Assembly: GCA_965116325.1 (NCBI GenBank)
Contig: OZ220675.1
Location: 385,138-449,137 of the forward strand
Direction of reading: 5' to 3'
Source: Dehalococcoidia bacterium
GTDB taxonomy: Bacteria > Chloroflexota > Dehalococcoidia > Lucifugimonadales > JAGWBF01
DNA length: 64,000 bases
Part shown: piece by piece, positions 53,389-61,816 of the stretch
Position numbering within the stretch: the first letter of the stretch is position 1
Layout: every line of letters begins with the position of its first letter
Program-made: the position numbers and the translations under genes
Notes under the pieces: generated by a model
Seen by the model: only the letters and a program-made list of their open reading frames with translations
The model's database searches: none
What the model was told of the DNA's origin: nothing

Positions 53389-53408
53389 ATTGCGGCCTCC
53401 GCCGCAAT
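53389..53408. repeat. REP-like palindrome attgcggc-ctcc-gccgcaat
   Basis: Perfect 8-bp inverted repeat within cctggattgcggcctccgccgcaatgacg. Confidence 0.7.
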
Positions 53409-53494
53409 GACGGCAAGGCCTGCCTCTTGCCGTCGTCCTCGCGAAAGCGGGAACCTACCTTGACCTGCAGCACGGTGGGAATGGGGACATAGAC

Positions 53495-53510
53495 TCCCGC
53501 TTTCGCGGGA
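53495..53510. repeat. Second palindromic element tcccgc-tttc-gcggga
   Basis: Perfect 6-bp inverted repeat. A degenerate inverted copy lies at about 53437-53453 (cctcgcgaaagcgggaa). Confidence 0.5.
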
Positions 53511-53620
53511 GTGACGAAAATTCGGCCTTCCCAGTCTTTCGTCGTACCGGCCTCCGTCGCGATGACGACAGGTGGTCGCAATATCGATCGACACCGGTAT
53601 AACAAGACAGACCCTCAGGC

Positions 53621-54532
53621 GTGGTATATTGTCCCTTAGTTCTTAATGCGAGAATCGGAGAAGCGTTGAAGATCACCGAAGCTTGGGAAAACCGGGGCAG
53701 CCGACCGCTGTTCGTGTGCGATTTCTCGCCTCCCCGCTCCGCCGACCCAGCGGTCCTGGAGCAGGCGCGGAGTCTGGACGCCGACTTCATCAGCGTGGCC
53801 TACAGCCCCGGGCGGGCAGTCCGGGCCGACTCGGCCATGCTGGCCGCCGCCATCAGGAACAACCTCCAGAAGGAGGTTATGTTCACCATCGCAACCCGGG
53901 ACATGAACAAGCTGGCCCTCCACAGCCACCTGCTGGGCGCCCGCCTGCTGGGGTTGGAGAACGTGGTGGTGGTGGGGGGAGACCCCCTGAGCGCCAGGGA
54001 CCTCCGCAGGACCCAGGCTGTCAACGACGTCTCCCCCTCGGAGTTCATCGGGTCTATCAGGGACATGAGCGCGGGCACCGATTTTCGAGGCACCAAGCTC
54101 CAGGACAGCATCGACTTGTGCGTAGGCGGCTCCATCGACATTGGTCGCGGGCCAGCCCGGGAGGCCTCCCTTACCTATCGCAAGGTCCAGGCGGGGGTCC
54201 AGTTCTTCCTGGCCCAGCCCGTCTGGTCGGCAGACAGCGTCAAGGAGTTTCTGACCGCCTATCGCCGGGTCGCCGGGGAGGAGCTGCGACAGCCGGTCTT
54301 CTGGGGAGTGCATGTGCTGGAGTACAACAGCGTCGTCTTCGGCGATCTGCCCTTCTGGGTCAGGGAAGAGCTTGACGGCGATCGTTCAGGCACCGACATC
54401 GCCATGGACTTACTGCAAGAGCTCACCGCTGATGGCATCCGGTCCTTCTACCTGGTGCCCCCGGTCTTGCGGGGCGGGGCCAGGAGATACGAGGCCGGTC
54501 AGAAGGTCCTGGCAGCAGCCAGGGACCTGTAG
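53621..54532 (+). CDS. Methylenetetrahydrofolate-reductase-family (MetF-like) protein
   Basis: A TIM-barrel MTHFR-like pattern (FVCDFSPPR, ISVAYSPG, ATRDMN, LGLENVVVVGGDP). The start is more likely the TTG at 53666, which has GGAG 5 nt upstream. Confidence 0.7.
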   Translation: MVYCPLVLNARIGEALKITEAWENRGSRPLFVCDFSPPRSADPAVLEQARSLDADFISVAYSPGRAVRADSAMLAAAIRNNLQKEVMFTIATRDMNKLALHSHLLGARLLGLENVVVVGGDPLSARDLRRTQAVNDVSPSEFIGSIRDMSAGTDFRGTKLQDSIDLCVGGSIDIGRGPAREASLTYRKVQAGVQFFLAQPVWSADSVKEFLTAYRRVAGEELRQPVFWGVHVLEYNSVVFGDLPFWVREELDGDRSGTDIAMDLLQELTADGIRSFYLVPPVLRGGARRYEAGQKVLAAARDL

Positions 54533-54535
54533 CCC

Positions 54536-55546
54536 TTAGCCCTGGGCCGGCGTCTCCCCTTCGTCCTGGGAGGCTTCCGAGGGAGCCTCATCGCCATCAT
54601 CTGCACCCTGCCTTAGCTCGCCGCGGTCCGCCGCCAGGGCTGTCTTCATGGCGTCGATAGCCACCTCTATCTGATCATCGTCGGGAATCCTGGTGGTCAG
54701 GCTCTGGAGCAGGATGCCGGGATAGCCGACAGCCCGGGCGATGGGGTTGGTGAGGTGGGCGCCGTTGAAGCGGATCACCTCGTAGCTGATGGAAGCGATC
54801 ACCGGGACGAAGATGATCCGTGAGGTGACCAGCCACCAGAAGGGTTCCCGCGGGATGAAGGCGAACACCAGAACCGCCACCACAGCCACCGTCAGCAGGA
54901 AGGCGGTGCCGCACCGGGGGTGGGCTGTGGGAAACCGCCGGACGTTCTCCACCTCCAGGGGCAGGTCCGCCTCGTGGGTATGCACAGCCATGTGCTCAGC
55001 CCCGTGGTAGGCGAACACCCTCCGGACATCCTTCATCAGCCCGATGACTGCTATGTATGCAATTAGCACGGCCAGGCGGACGACCCCTTCGATCAGGTTC
55101 ACCAAGGGCTCCGAATCGATCACGTTTTCCAGGGGCGAGGTGGCGAAAAGGGGCATTAAGAAGAACAGGCCGATTCCGGCGGAGAAGCCGATGGCCATGG
55201 TCATGATGGTCATCCAGCGGGGCATCTCCTGCTCCTCGCCCATCTGGTCGGCCATGGCGATGGACGCCGAGCGATTGAGGGCCTTTATGCCCAGCATCAG
55301 GGTCTCGATGAGCACGAGCATGCCCCGAAGCAGGGGCACCCTGCGGATGGGCCCGGAGAATACCTGGGACAGGGGTTCGGCGCTGGACTGGATACGCCCG
55401 CTCTGGCGGCGCACCGAGAGGCTGAAGTGGCGCCGTCCCCGGATCATCACCCCTTCTATGACCGCCTGGCCCCCGTAGAAGAACTGGGGTTCAGCCAAGG
55501 TCAACCCTCCCCGCGACGACTGGGACCCGGCAGGGCCCCGAAACAA
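54536..55546 (-). CDS. DUF1385-family membrane protein
   Basis: Carries the hallmark YGGQAVIEGVMIRG and GAEHM.., with several TM helices. It is adjacent to rpmE, as is often seen. Confidence 0.8.
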   Translation of the reverse strand: MFRGPAGSQSSRGGLTLAEPQFFYGGQAVIEGVMIRGRRHFSLSVRRQSGRIQSSAEPLSQVFSGPIRRVPLLRGMLVLIETLMLGIKALNRSASIAMADQMGEEQEMPRWMTIMTMAIGFSAGIGLFFLMPLFATSPLENVIDSEPLVNLIEGVVRLAVLIAYIAVIGLMKDVRRVFAYHGAEHMAVHTHEADLPLEVENVRRFPTAHPRCGTAFLLTVAVVAVLVFAFIPREPFWWLVTSRIIFVPVIASISYEVIRFNGAHLTNPIARAVGYPGILLQSLTTRIPDDDQIEVAIDAMKTALAADRGELRQGADDGDEAPSEASQDEGETPAQG

Positions 55547-55631
55547 CCCCTGAAATAACGAGGAAGGACTCCCCGTTCAAAGAGTCCTTCCTCAAAAGGT
55601 CTGGCCCCAACAGGTCTGGCATAGAAGCCGG

Positions 55632-55835
55632 TTACTCCAGGTTGAACCGGCGCTTGAGGCGTTCTATCCTGCCCTCGGTGTCCACCACCCTCTGCTGTCC
55701 GGTGAAGAAGGGATGGCACTTGCTGCATATCTCCACTCGCAGGTTTTCCTTGGTTGCCCCCGTTACGAACACGTTCCCACAGGAACAGGTGACGGTGGCG
55801 TTCTCAAAGTAGGCGGGATGTATCTCTTGCTTCAT
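55632..55835 (-). CDS. rpmE: 50S ribosomal protein L31
   Basis: MKQEIHPAY....VTCSCGN......[12 protein letters not shown]. The start was set at the internal ATG at 55835. Confidence 0.93.
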   Translation of the reverse strand: MKQEIHPAYFENATVTCSCGNVFVTGATKENLRVEICSKCHPFFTGQQRVVDTEGRIERLKRRFNLE

Positions 55836-55854
55836 ATTCTTCCTACGATGCGGG

Positions 55855-56121
55855 CTATGCCGTCGCTTCCACGGGGTAAACGCTGGCCCTGCGCCTGCCC
55901 TTGGTGGCCCACTCGAACTTGACCTTCCCATCCACCAGGGCGAAGAGGGTGTGGTCCCGGCCGAGGCCCACGTTGCGCCCGGCATGGATGCGGGTGCCCC
56001 GCTGTCGCATGATGATGTTGCCCGTGGTTACCAGCTCGCCGTCATAGCGCTTGACGCCCAGTCGCTTGGAGTTGCTGTCGCGCCCGTTGCGGGAGCTTCC
56101 GCCTGCCTTCTTATGGGCCAT
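55855..56121 (-). CDS. rpmA: 50S ribosomal protein L27
   Basis: [24 protein letters not shown]... Confidence 0.95.
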   Translation of the reverse strand: MAHKKAGGSSRNGRDSNSKRLGVKRYDGELVTTGNIIMRQRGTRIHAGRNVGLGRDHTLFALVDGKVKFEWATKGRRRASVYPVEATA

Positions 56122-56654
56122 CAGCTAGCCTCCCTTTCCGAATCCTCGGCATCCTCGAGGTCATCGCCCTCCTCGGACTCCTCGACCTCGAGGGTATCTT
56201 CTCCATCATCTTCGTTCAGGAACTCCTCGGAGTCCTCTTCCAGGGCTTCCGGCTCGTCCCCATCAGTGTCCCCATCCAAGAGGACCTCGGCGACGACCTC
56301 TTCGGCCTCCGTGACATCCTCTATGCCTATCTCCTCATCGCCGAGCATGATGCTGGTAACAAGGAGTCGGGTGTACTGCTGGCGGTGGCCCTTCTTGCGC
56401 CGGTAGCGCACCTTGCGCTTGTACTTGAAGACGATGATCTTATCGTCCTGGCCGTGGGCCTCCACCTGGGCGATGACGCTGGCATTGGGCACCAGGGGTT
56501 CGCCGATGACCACGTCGCCCTTGCGGGAGACGGCAAGGACATCGCCGATCTCCACGTAGGAGCCGGTCTCAGCCTGGAGCCGGTCCACATCGATAACAGC
56601 GCCAGGCACCGCCTTGTACTGCTTGCTTCCCGAACGAAATACTGCGTAGTCCAT
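56121..56654 (-). CDS. rplU: 50S ribosomal protein L21 with a roughly 75-aa acidic C-terminal extension
   Basis: [16 protein letters not shown]...[26 protein letters not shown], followed by a D/E-rich tail. Confidence 0.9.
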   Translation of the reverse strand: MDYAVFRSGSKQYKAVPGAVIDVDRLQAETGSYVEIGDVLAVSRKGDVVIGEPLVPNASVIAQVEAHGQDDKIIVFKYKRKVRYRRKKGHRQQYTRLLVTSIMLGDEEIGIEDVTEAEEVVAEVLLDGDTDGDEPEALEEDSEEFLNEDDGEDTLEVEESEEGDDLEDAEDSEREAS

Positions 56655-56711
56655 AATAATCCGCAACTGCTGATTCTATGCCGCAGGCTGGCGTGTGTCA
56701 AGGCGAATGGC

Positions 56712-57095
56712 GGGGGAGAGGGGATAATAAATGTCTCCGCCGGCGAAGAGGGGACTGCAGGACGTATCCAATGATCCCCCTTCCCTTGATGGGAGGGGAT
56801 TAAGGGGAGGGTGAAACGCAGAAGAGAGCTTCTTCACGGGCAGTGTATGCTCCCCCTCAGCCTAACCCTCTCCCTCCAGGGGAGAGGGGAGTCAAAATGT
56901 CTCCGCCAGGGGGCGAGGGGACTGCAGGAGGCATCTAATGATTCCTCCCTCCCTTGATGGGAGGGGATTAAGGGGGCGCTGAAACGCAGAAAAGAGCTTC
57001 CTTGCGGGCAGGGGTCCCCCTCCCTCGATGGGAGGGGATTAAGGGGAGGGTGAAACGCAGAAGCGGGCTTCTTTGCGGGCAGGGTGTGTCCCCCT
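56712..57095. repeat. Tandem/nested repeat array (about 166-bp period, containing three copies of a ~72-bp hairpin-rich unit)
   Basis: The unit ..cc(c/t)tc(c)cttgatgggaggggattaaggggagggtgaaacgcagaagagagcttctt.cgggcag.. occurs at about 56775-56848, 56943-57013 and 57014-57088. The segment aaatgtctccgcc..gaggggactgcagga occurs at 56729 and 56895. A perfect hairpin lies at 56866-56888. Confidence 0.8.
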
Positions 57096-57127
57096 TACCC
57101 TAACCCTCTCCCTCGGCCCGCCTTCTC

Positions 57128-57148
57128 CTTTCCCTTTCGATTTCCCCC
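57128..57148 (+). repeat. Copy of the dispersed 'tccc(c)tttcgatttc' element
   Basis: tttccctttcgatttccccc is followed by ttcgagagcctcaggacaggctcaggacaaacgg. Confidence 0.5.
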
Positions 57149-57350
57149 TTCGAGAGCCTCAGGACAGGCTCAGGACAAACGGATGGCGGGCCAGGGGAGT
57201 ACCTGCCTTGTTCGCCAAGGGGACGGCTAGTACAATGGCCTTGCTGGCCCGCTGAGGCCAACATCCCCCAAGGGGGCCTTTCATCACAGTTAAGACATCG
57301 TCAGGCTGGGCTCTGATGCTGGCTTGCCGGTGGTGAATCCAACTTCCTGG

Positions 57351-57370
57351 ATTGCGGCCTACGCCGCAAT
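57351..57370. repeat. REP-like palindrome attgcggc-ctac-gccgcaat
   Basis: It has the same 8-bp arms and the same flanks (cctgg...gacga) as the copy at 53389. Confidence 0.7.
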
Positions 57371-57406
57371 GACGACCAGGAAGGCCCACTAAGGAGAACC
57401 GCACCC

Positions 57407-58585
57407 ATGGAGTTTGGACTCGCCTACGAGATGCAGCGCCCCACCTTGGACGACCATGCCATGGTGGAGGAAACAATCGAGCAGTGCATCCTGGCCGACG
57501 AGATGGGCTGGGACTACGTCTGGTTCGTGGAGCACCACTTCCTGACGGGGTTCTCCATGTCCCCATGTCCAGAGGTGATATTCGGGGCCCTCAGTCGCCT
57601 CACCAAGCGCATTCGCCTGGGCTTCGGCGTTGTCATCCTCCCCTATCACCACCCCATAAGGGTGGCGGAGCGGGTGGCCATGATCGACCACCTTTCCAAC
57701 GGCCGGGTGGAGTTCGGCACGGGACGCTCGGCGCCCTATGAGCAGACGGGAATGGGCATCGACCCGCGCAACACCCGGGAGATGTGGGACGAGTCCCTCA
57801 CCATGATCCCCAAGATATGGGACTCGGACATGTTCGAGTGGGAGGGCAAGTTCTGGAACGTCCCGCCCCGAAAGGTGCTGCCCAAACCCTACCAGAAGCC
57901 CCATCCGCCCATATGGGTGGCGGCCCTGCAGCCGGCCACCTATGAGATTGCCGCCCAGAAGGGCATCGGGGTGATGGCCCTGGGCGTCAGCGCCCCGTCC
58001 CTGTTGAGCCCCCACATCGACACCTACAAGAAGAACATCTTAAATGCCCAGCCCGTGGGCGGGTTCGTGAACAACAAGTGGCTCAACGCCGTCATGGGCA
58101 TCTGCGGCGAGGATGATGCGGCCACTAAAGAGCTGTCGGCCACGTCCCTCAAGACCTTCTTCGGACCCGACAGGCCCTACCTGGCCGACCAGAAGGACCT
58201 TTACGAGCTGCTGGTGAGGCAGTGGGGCGGGGTGCCCGAGCACCTGACGCAAAACTTCGCACGTTATGTAAAGACGGAGCAGGACGAAGAGACGGGCGAG
58301 GTTACCGAGACCCTGGACCTGTCCGGGGGCGCGGGACTGGCACAGCAGGTGTGGCGTGAGCTGGATGCTGAGACCCTGGCCAGCAGGGGGGTCATCGTGG
58401 CCGGGGACCCGGAGAGCTGCATCGCCGCTGCCAAGCTGCATGAAGCGACGGGGATAGACCAGCTCCAGTTCCTCATGGCGACGGAGACGGTGGACCATGC
58501 GGCGACCATGAAGTCCATCGAGATGTTCGGGAAGTATGTTATCCCCGAGTTCAAAAAGGCCGGACGGGCAGCGTCTGTACTATAA
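57407..58585 (+). CDS. Luciferase-like (LLM class) flavin/F420-dependent oxidoreductase
   Basis: MEFGL......D.MGWDYVWFVEHHF, GVVILPYHHPIRVAE, LSNGRVEFGTGRS. Confidence 0.88.
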   Translation: MEFGLAYEMQRPTLDDHAMVEETIEQCILADEMGWDYVWFVEHHFLTGFSMSPCPEVIFGALSRLTKRIRLGFGVVILPYHHPIRVAERVAMIDHLSNGRVEFGTGRSAPYEQTGMGIDPRNTREMWDESLTMIPKIWDSDMFEWEGKFWNVPPRKVLPKPYQKPHPPIWVAALQPATYEIAAQKGIGVMALGVSAPSLLSPHIDTYKKNILNAQPVGGFVNNKWLNAVMGICGEDDAATKELSATSLKTFFGPDRPYLADQKDLYELLVRQWGGVPEHLTQNFARYVKTEQDEETGEVTETLDLSGGAGLAQQVWRELDAETLASRGVIVAGDPESCIAAAKLHEATGIDQLQFLMATETVDHAATMKSIEMFGKYVIPEFKKAGRAASVL

Positions 58586-58596
58586 TGTAGTCCTGC

Positions 58597-58668
58597 GGGG
58601 CTGTAGCTCAGGGGGAGAGCACCTGCTTTGCACGCAGGGGGTCAGGGGTTCGAATCCCCTCAGCTCCA
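58597..58668 (+). tRNA. tRNA-Ala (anticodon UGC)
   Basis: Cloverleaf: acceptor GGGGCUG/CAGCUCC with G3:U70, D-arm GCUC/GAGC, anticodon loop cuUGCac, T-arm AGGGG-UUCGAAU-CCCCU. CCA is not encoded. Confidence 0.93.
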
Positions 58669-58827
58669 TATCAAGCTCAACTTTTGCGGGAATTGCCCTC
58701 TATAACGAAGGCCAAGCATAACCAAGTTCGATTCCCGCAGCGCCTTGTCGCGGTCCTTGCGGGAAGTACATCGGAGACGAGAACTAGTCCGGCTCTATTC
58801 CATGGCCCCAACATTTCCATGTGAGAC

Positions 58828-59424
58828 GTGAGTATCGCACCTCCAAGGCCCACTCCCTTCTCTTACTGGGTAGTGCCGCACCGGTTTCTTGCCGGCGAGT
58901 ATCCCGGTTCGCTGATAACCCTGAGCCCGAAACGGACCGTCCGGACCATATTCGACAGCGTTCTTGCATTTTTAGTCCACGGTCCCAGGGGTCTGAAAGG
59001 CAATCGGCGCAAGCTTCGGTCGTTGATCCAAGCGGGCGCCACCCTGTTCCTAGATCTCACGGAAGAGGGGGAGTTGCCTCCCTATGAAGGCCTTCTCCGT
59101 GAAGAGGCCCAGAGCTTGGGCGCAAAGGTGGAGTACCAAAGGGTGCCTGTAAAGGACCGGACGACGGCCACCTCAAGACAGATGACAGAAGCCCTCGATT
59201 CGATTGACCGGGCTTTGGACTCCGGAGGCACGGTCTATGTCCACTGCATGCGTGGCATAGGGCGTACCGGCCTGGTTGTCGGCTGCCACCTGGTGCGGGG
59301 GGGCATGACTGGGCAGCAAGCCCTTGACGAGATCGGGAACTTGAGGAAGGGACTTTTGAGCTCCTGGGCGAGGTCTCCGGAGACGGACGCGCAAAGGCAA
59401 ATGGTGCTTGAATGGGAGGAGTGA
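58828..59424 (+). CDS. Dual-specificity/tyrosine protein phosphatase family protein
   Basis: Carries the CX5R P-loop VHCMRGIGRTG. The start is uncertain. Confidence 0.8.
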   Translation: MSIAPPRPTPFSYWVVPHRFLAGEYPGSLITLSPKRTVRTIFDSVLAFLVHGPRGLKGNRRKLRSLIQAGATLFLDLTEEGELPPYEGLLREEAQSLGAKVEYQRVPVKDRTTATSRQMTEALDSIDRALDSGGTVYVHCMRGIGRTGLVVGCHLVRGGMTGQQALDEIGNLRKGLLSSWARSPETDAQRQMVLEWEE

Positions 59425-59769
59425 CCTCGGCCGCCTGGTATGTCTGCCTAGGAGCCACAGAGAGTTGGTCCATATCTATTCCCCATGGCTCCTCCACGCC
59501 TAAACGTCACCAGGGCTGAGCAGTTCAGCGCCATCTCCTGACCGAATATCTTGCTGCGTTGGGCGGTTTGTCTTTTCCCCTCGCTACCCTAGAGTTTCAC
59601 GCAATCTGGCACAGCCCTGTGGTAAGGTATGCGGGACTGATGCCCAGGTGTAGCAGGTTCGTAGCCAGATTTAGCAGGATCATAGATTGCCATTCCCCCA
59701 ACTCCACCACTACTATCCTGGGAGACGCAACAGCCCGCCAAGACGCTTTATCAGCGCACATAGAGTGAG

Positions 59770-60333
59770 ATGACGTTCAAACTAACCGGCCCCCGCGACC
59801 TTAGCCCTATCCCTGCCGTATGCGTCACGGCTTTCCTGGCGTTGGCTATATTTGCCTGGACGGAGCGGACCGTCCTGGTAGACCCCGACGGCATATCCGT
59901 CCCTTACTGGCCTTGGAAGCTGTGGCAGATCGCCCCACTGCTGATGGGGTTAGCCGGAGCTTGGTGGCTCTGGTTGAGCACCGGTCGTGTGCCCTGGGTC
60001 CGCAGCTTGGCGCTCGGAATATTGGCCCTGGTTGTGCTGGCTAACGGCTACAGCGACCTGTTCGGCGACCACTGGGGCAACGTGTGGCGCACGGTCAACC
60101 CGCTGTTCATCGGCAGTTCCGTCGTGGCAGCGGTGGCTATGTGGCGCACCCGCTGCGCCCTGGGGTACGCGGGGGCGGTGGTTTCGGCGGGCCTGGGCGC
60201 GCTGCTGTTCGCCAACGCTTACTTCGTTGACAACGGAGTCTTGTGGCAGGTGCTGAACCCGGTGCGCATGCTCACGGCGCTGGCTTGGGCCACCCTCGCC
60301 TGCCAAGCAGGTCCTGCGGAAGCCGACGAGTAG
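59770..60333 (+). CDS. Hypothetical integral membrane protein (Trp-rich, about 5 TM helices)
   Basis: Hydrophobic helices throughout. I recognise no family. Confidence 0.55.
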   Translation: MTFKLTGPRDLSPIPAVCVTAFLALAIFAWTERTVLVDPDGISVPYWPWKLWQIAPLLMGLAGAWWLWLSTGRVPWVRSLALGILALVVLANGYSDLFGDHWGNVWRTVNPLFIGSSVVAAVAMWRTRCALGYAGAVVSAGLGALLFANAYFVDNGVLWQVLNPVRMLTALAWATLACQAGPAEADE

Positions 60334-60409
60334 CGCTCTCCAATCTTAGGGTCGTACTCCGCAACCGCTCCAACATGGTCGGAACTGACTTCTAACTTAT
60401 AATTCCACC

Positions 60410-61285
60410 ATGAGCGCGCTGGCCCTTGCACTGATCCTGTTTTCCGCCCTGTGCCACTCCGCCTGGAACCTGCTGCTTAAGCGCTCCGGTAACCAGGAGG
60501 TGTTCGTCTGGATGCTCCTGGCTGTTGGGAGCGCCATCCTGGCCCCCCTGGGCTCCATCCTGCTGGTGTTCTTCCGGATCTCCGAGGAGGGTTTCTGGCT
60601 GCTACTGGCATCCATCGTGGCGCACATCCTCTATTTCGCTTTGCTGAGCCGGGCTTATTCCCGAGGAGACCTTTCCCTCGTATACCCCATCGCCCGGGGA
60701 ATCGGACCCATGCTTATCCCCATACTGGCGGTGGTGATACTGGGGGAGAGCATGGCCCTGCCCGCTGCCCTTGGAATCTCATTCATAGTCGCTGGCATCT
60801 TTCTGGTGTCGTGGTGGGGGCGTTTCCGGGCCCTCCTTGCCCGGCCTTTAGACTTGCTTCGGGATGGGGGTGTTCGTTACGCCATCCTCACAGGGCTGAC
60901 CACCACATCCTATACCCTGGTGGACAAGCAGGGAGTGGAACAAATCCAACCCTTCCTCTACATGTACCTGCTTACCCTGGGATCGGCCTTGGGCATGTAT
61001 CCGTACATCCTGAGGAAATATGGAACTGACGTCGTCACCAAGGAGTGGAAGAGAAACAAGGGCGGCATCCTGGCAGCCAGCGTACTGACCTTCCTCGGCT
61101 ACGGGATGGCGCTGACCGCCTTTTCCTTGTCCCAAGTCAGCTATGCAGCCCCAGCCCGGGAGGTCGGCATAGTAGTTGGCGTCCTGATGGGAGTCTTTCT
61201 CTTGAAGGAGCCCTTTGGCAGGGGCCGGATCCTGGGCTCCTCGCTGATCGTCCTCGGGCTGGTATCGCTGGCCCTGTCCCCCTAG
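60410..61285 (+). CDS. EamA/DMT-family transporter
   Basis: 10 predicted TM helices in two EamA-like halves. Confidence 0.85.
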   Translation: MSALALALILFSALCHSAWNLLLKRSGNQEVFVWMLLAVGSAILAPLGSILLVFFRISEEGFWLLLASIVAHILYFALLSRAYSRGDLSLVYPIARGIGPMLIPILAVVILGESMALPAALGISFIVAGIFLVSWWGRFRALLARPLDLLRDGGVRYAILTGLTTTSYTLVDKQGVEQIQPFLYMYLLTLGSALGMYPYILRKYGTDVVTKEWKRNKGGILAASVLTFLGYGMALTAFSLSQVSYAAPAREVGIVVGVLMGVFLLKEPFGRGRILGSSLIVLGLVSLALSP

Positions 61286-61803
61286 ACAGCGCTGGCCACG
61301 GGGACCTGGACCAGGCAGGAGATGTCCCAGAAGCACCCACAGGCGCAGTCGAACCGGTACCAGTGGAAGCCGGGGTCTCCGTTGAGGTAGGAGAGCTCCT
61401 CCTGGTATGGCGAAATCAGTATGCCCTTATAGTCGGCCTTCACCCGCTGCCACTCTATGTGGGTGCCATATCCTACCCGGCCGTCTGCGACACACTCCCT
61501 GGGAGATGTCTCTCCATATTGGGACGTGAACTGTTGCAACTCCTCGGGCGCCGTTAGCACAAGGATATGGTCCGACTGGGCCGGGTCGATGGCGAAATCG
61601 TATTTGTAGCACCAGCGGTCCTTGGTCTTGACCCAGTATGCGCTTCCTTGGAGAACCCGGTCTTGTACGAAGGCCGCCCAGCCGTAACCGGAGTCGTCAC
61701 TTAACCACAGGCCCCCGGGGTTGTGTCCGCTGTCCCTAGGGACGGGATAGTCTGGAGCAAAAGTCTCGTTGGGCTTCCGGCCATAGTGGGAGAGGATCTT
61801 CAT
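61282..61803 (-). CDS. Hypothetical protein (Trp/Tyr-rich, C-terminal CACGC..C cluster)
   Basis: 173-aa ORF with plausible composition and no recognised family. It converges on the EamA gene with overlapping CTAG stops. Confidence 0.5.
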   Translation of the reverse strand: MKILSHYGRKPNETFAPDYPVPRDSGHNPGGLWLSDDSGYGWAAFVQDRVLQGSAYWVKTKDRWCYKYDFAIDPAQSDHILVLTAPEELQQFTSQYGETSPRECVADGRVGYGTHIEWQRVKADYKGILISPYQEELSYLNGDPGFHWYRFDCACGCFWDISCLVQVPVASAV

Positions 61804-61816
61804 CGCCCCTTTTCCG

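Noticed and set aside
53061-53790. Several 60-140-aa ORFs on both strands between the 2-hydroxyacid dehydrogenase and the MetF-like gene
   Set aside because: They overlap the tmRNA gene or consist of translated palindromic repeats (for example ..VIAAEAAIQ.., ..TPAKAGV..), and show no RBS or family signal.
56700-57100. Possible CRISPR array, given multiple direct repeats
   Set aside because: The repeat units are about 72-166 bp, partly contiguous without unique spacers, variable in sequence and internally palindromic in a REP/MITE-like way. No cas genes or regular repeat-spacer periodicity are present.
58726-58745. A second tRNA gene downstream of tRNA-Ala
   Set aside because: Only a T-loop/3'-acceptor-like fragment is present. 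No complementary 5' acceptor strand, D-arm or anticodon arm can be drawn. It is kept only as a low-interest finding.
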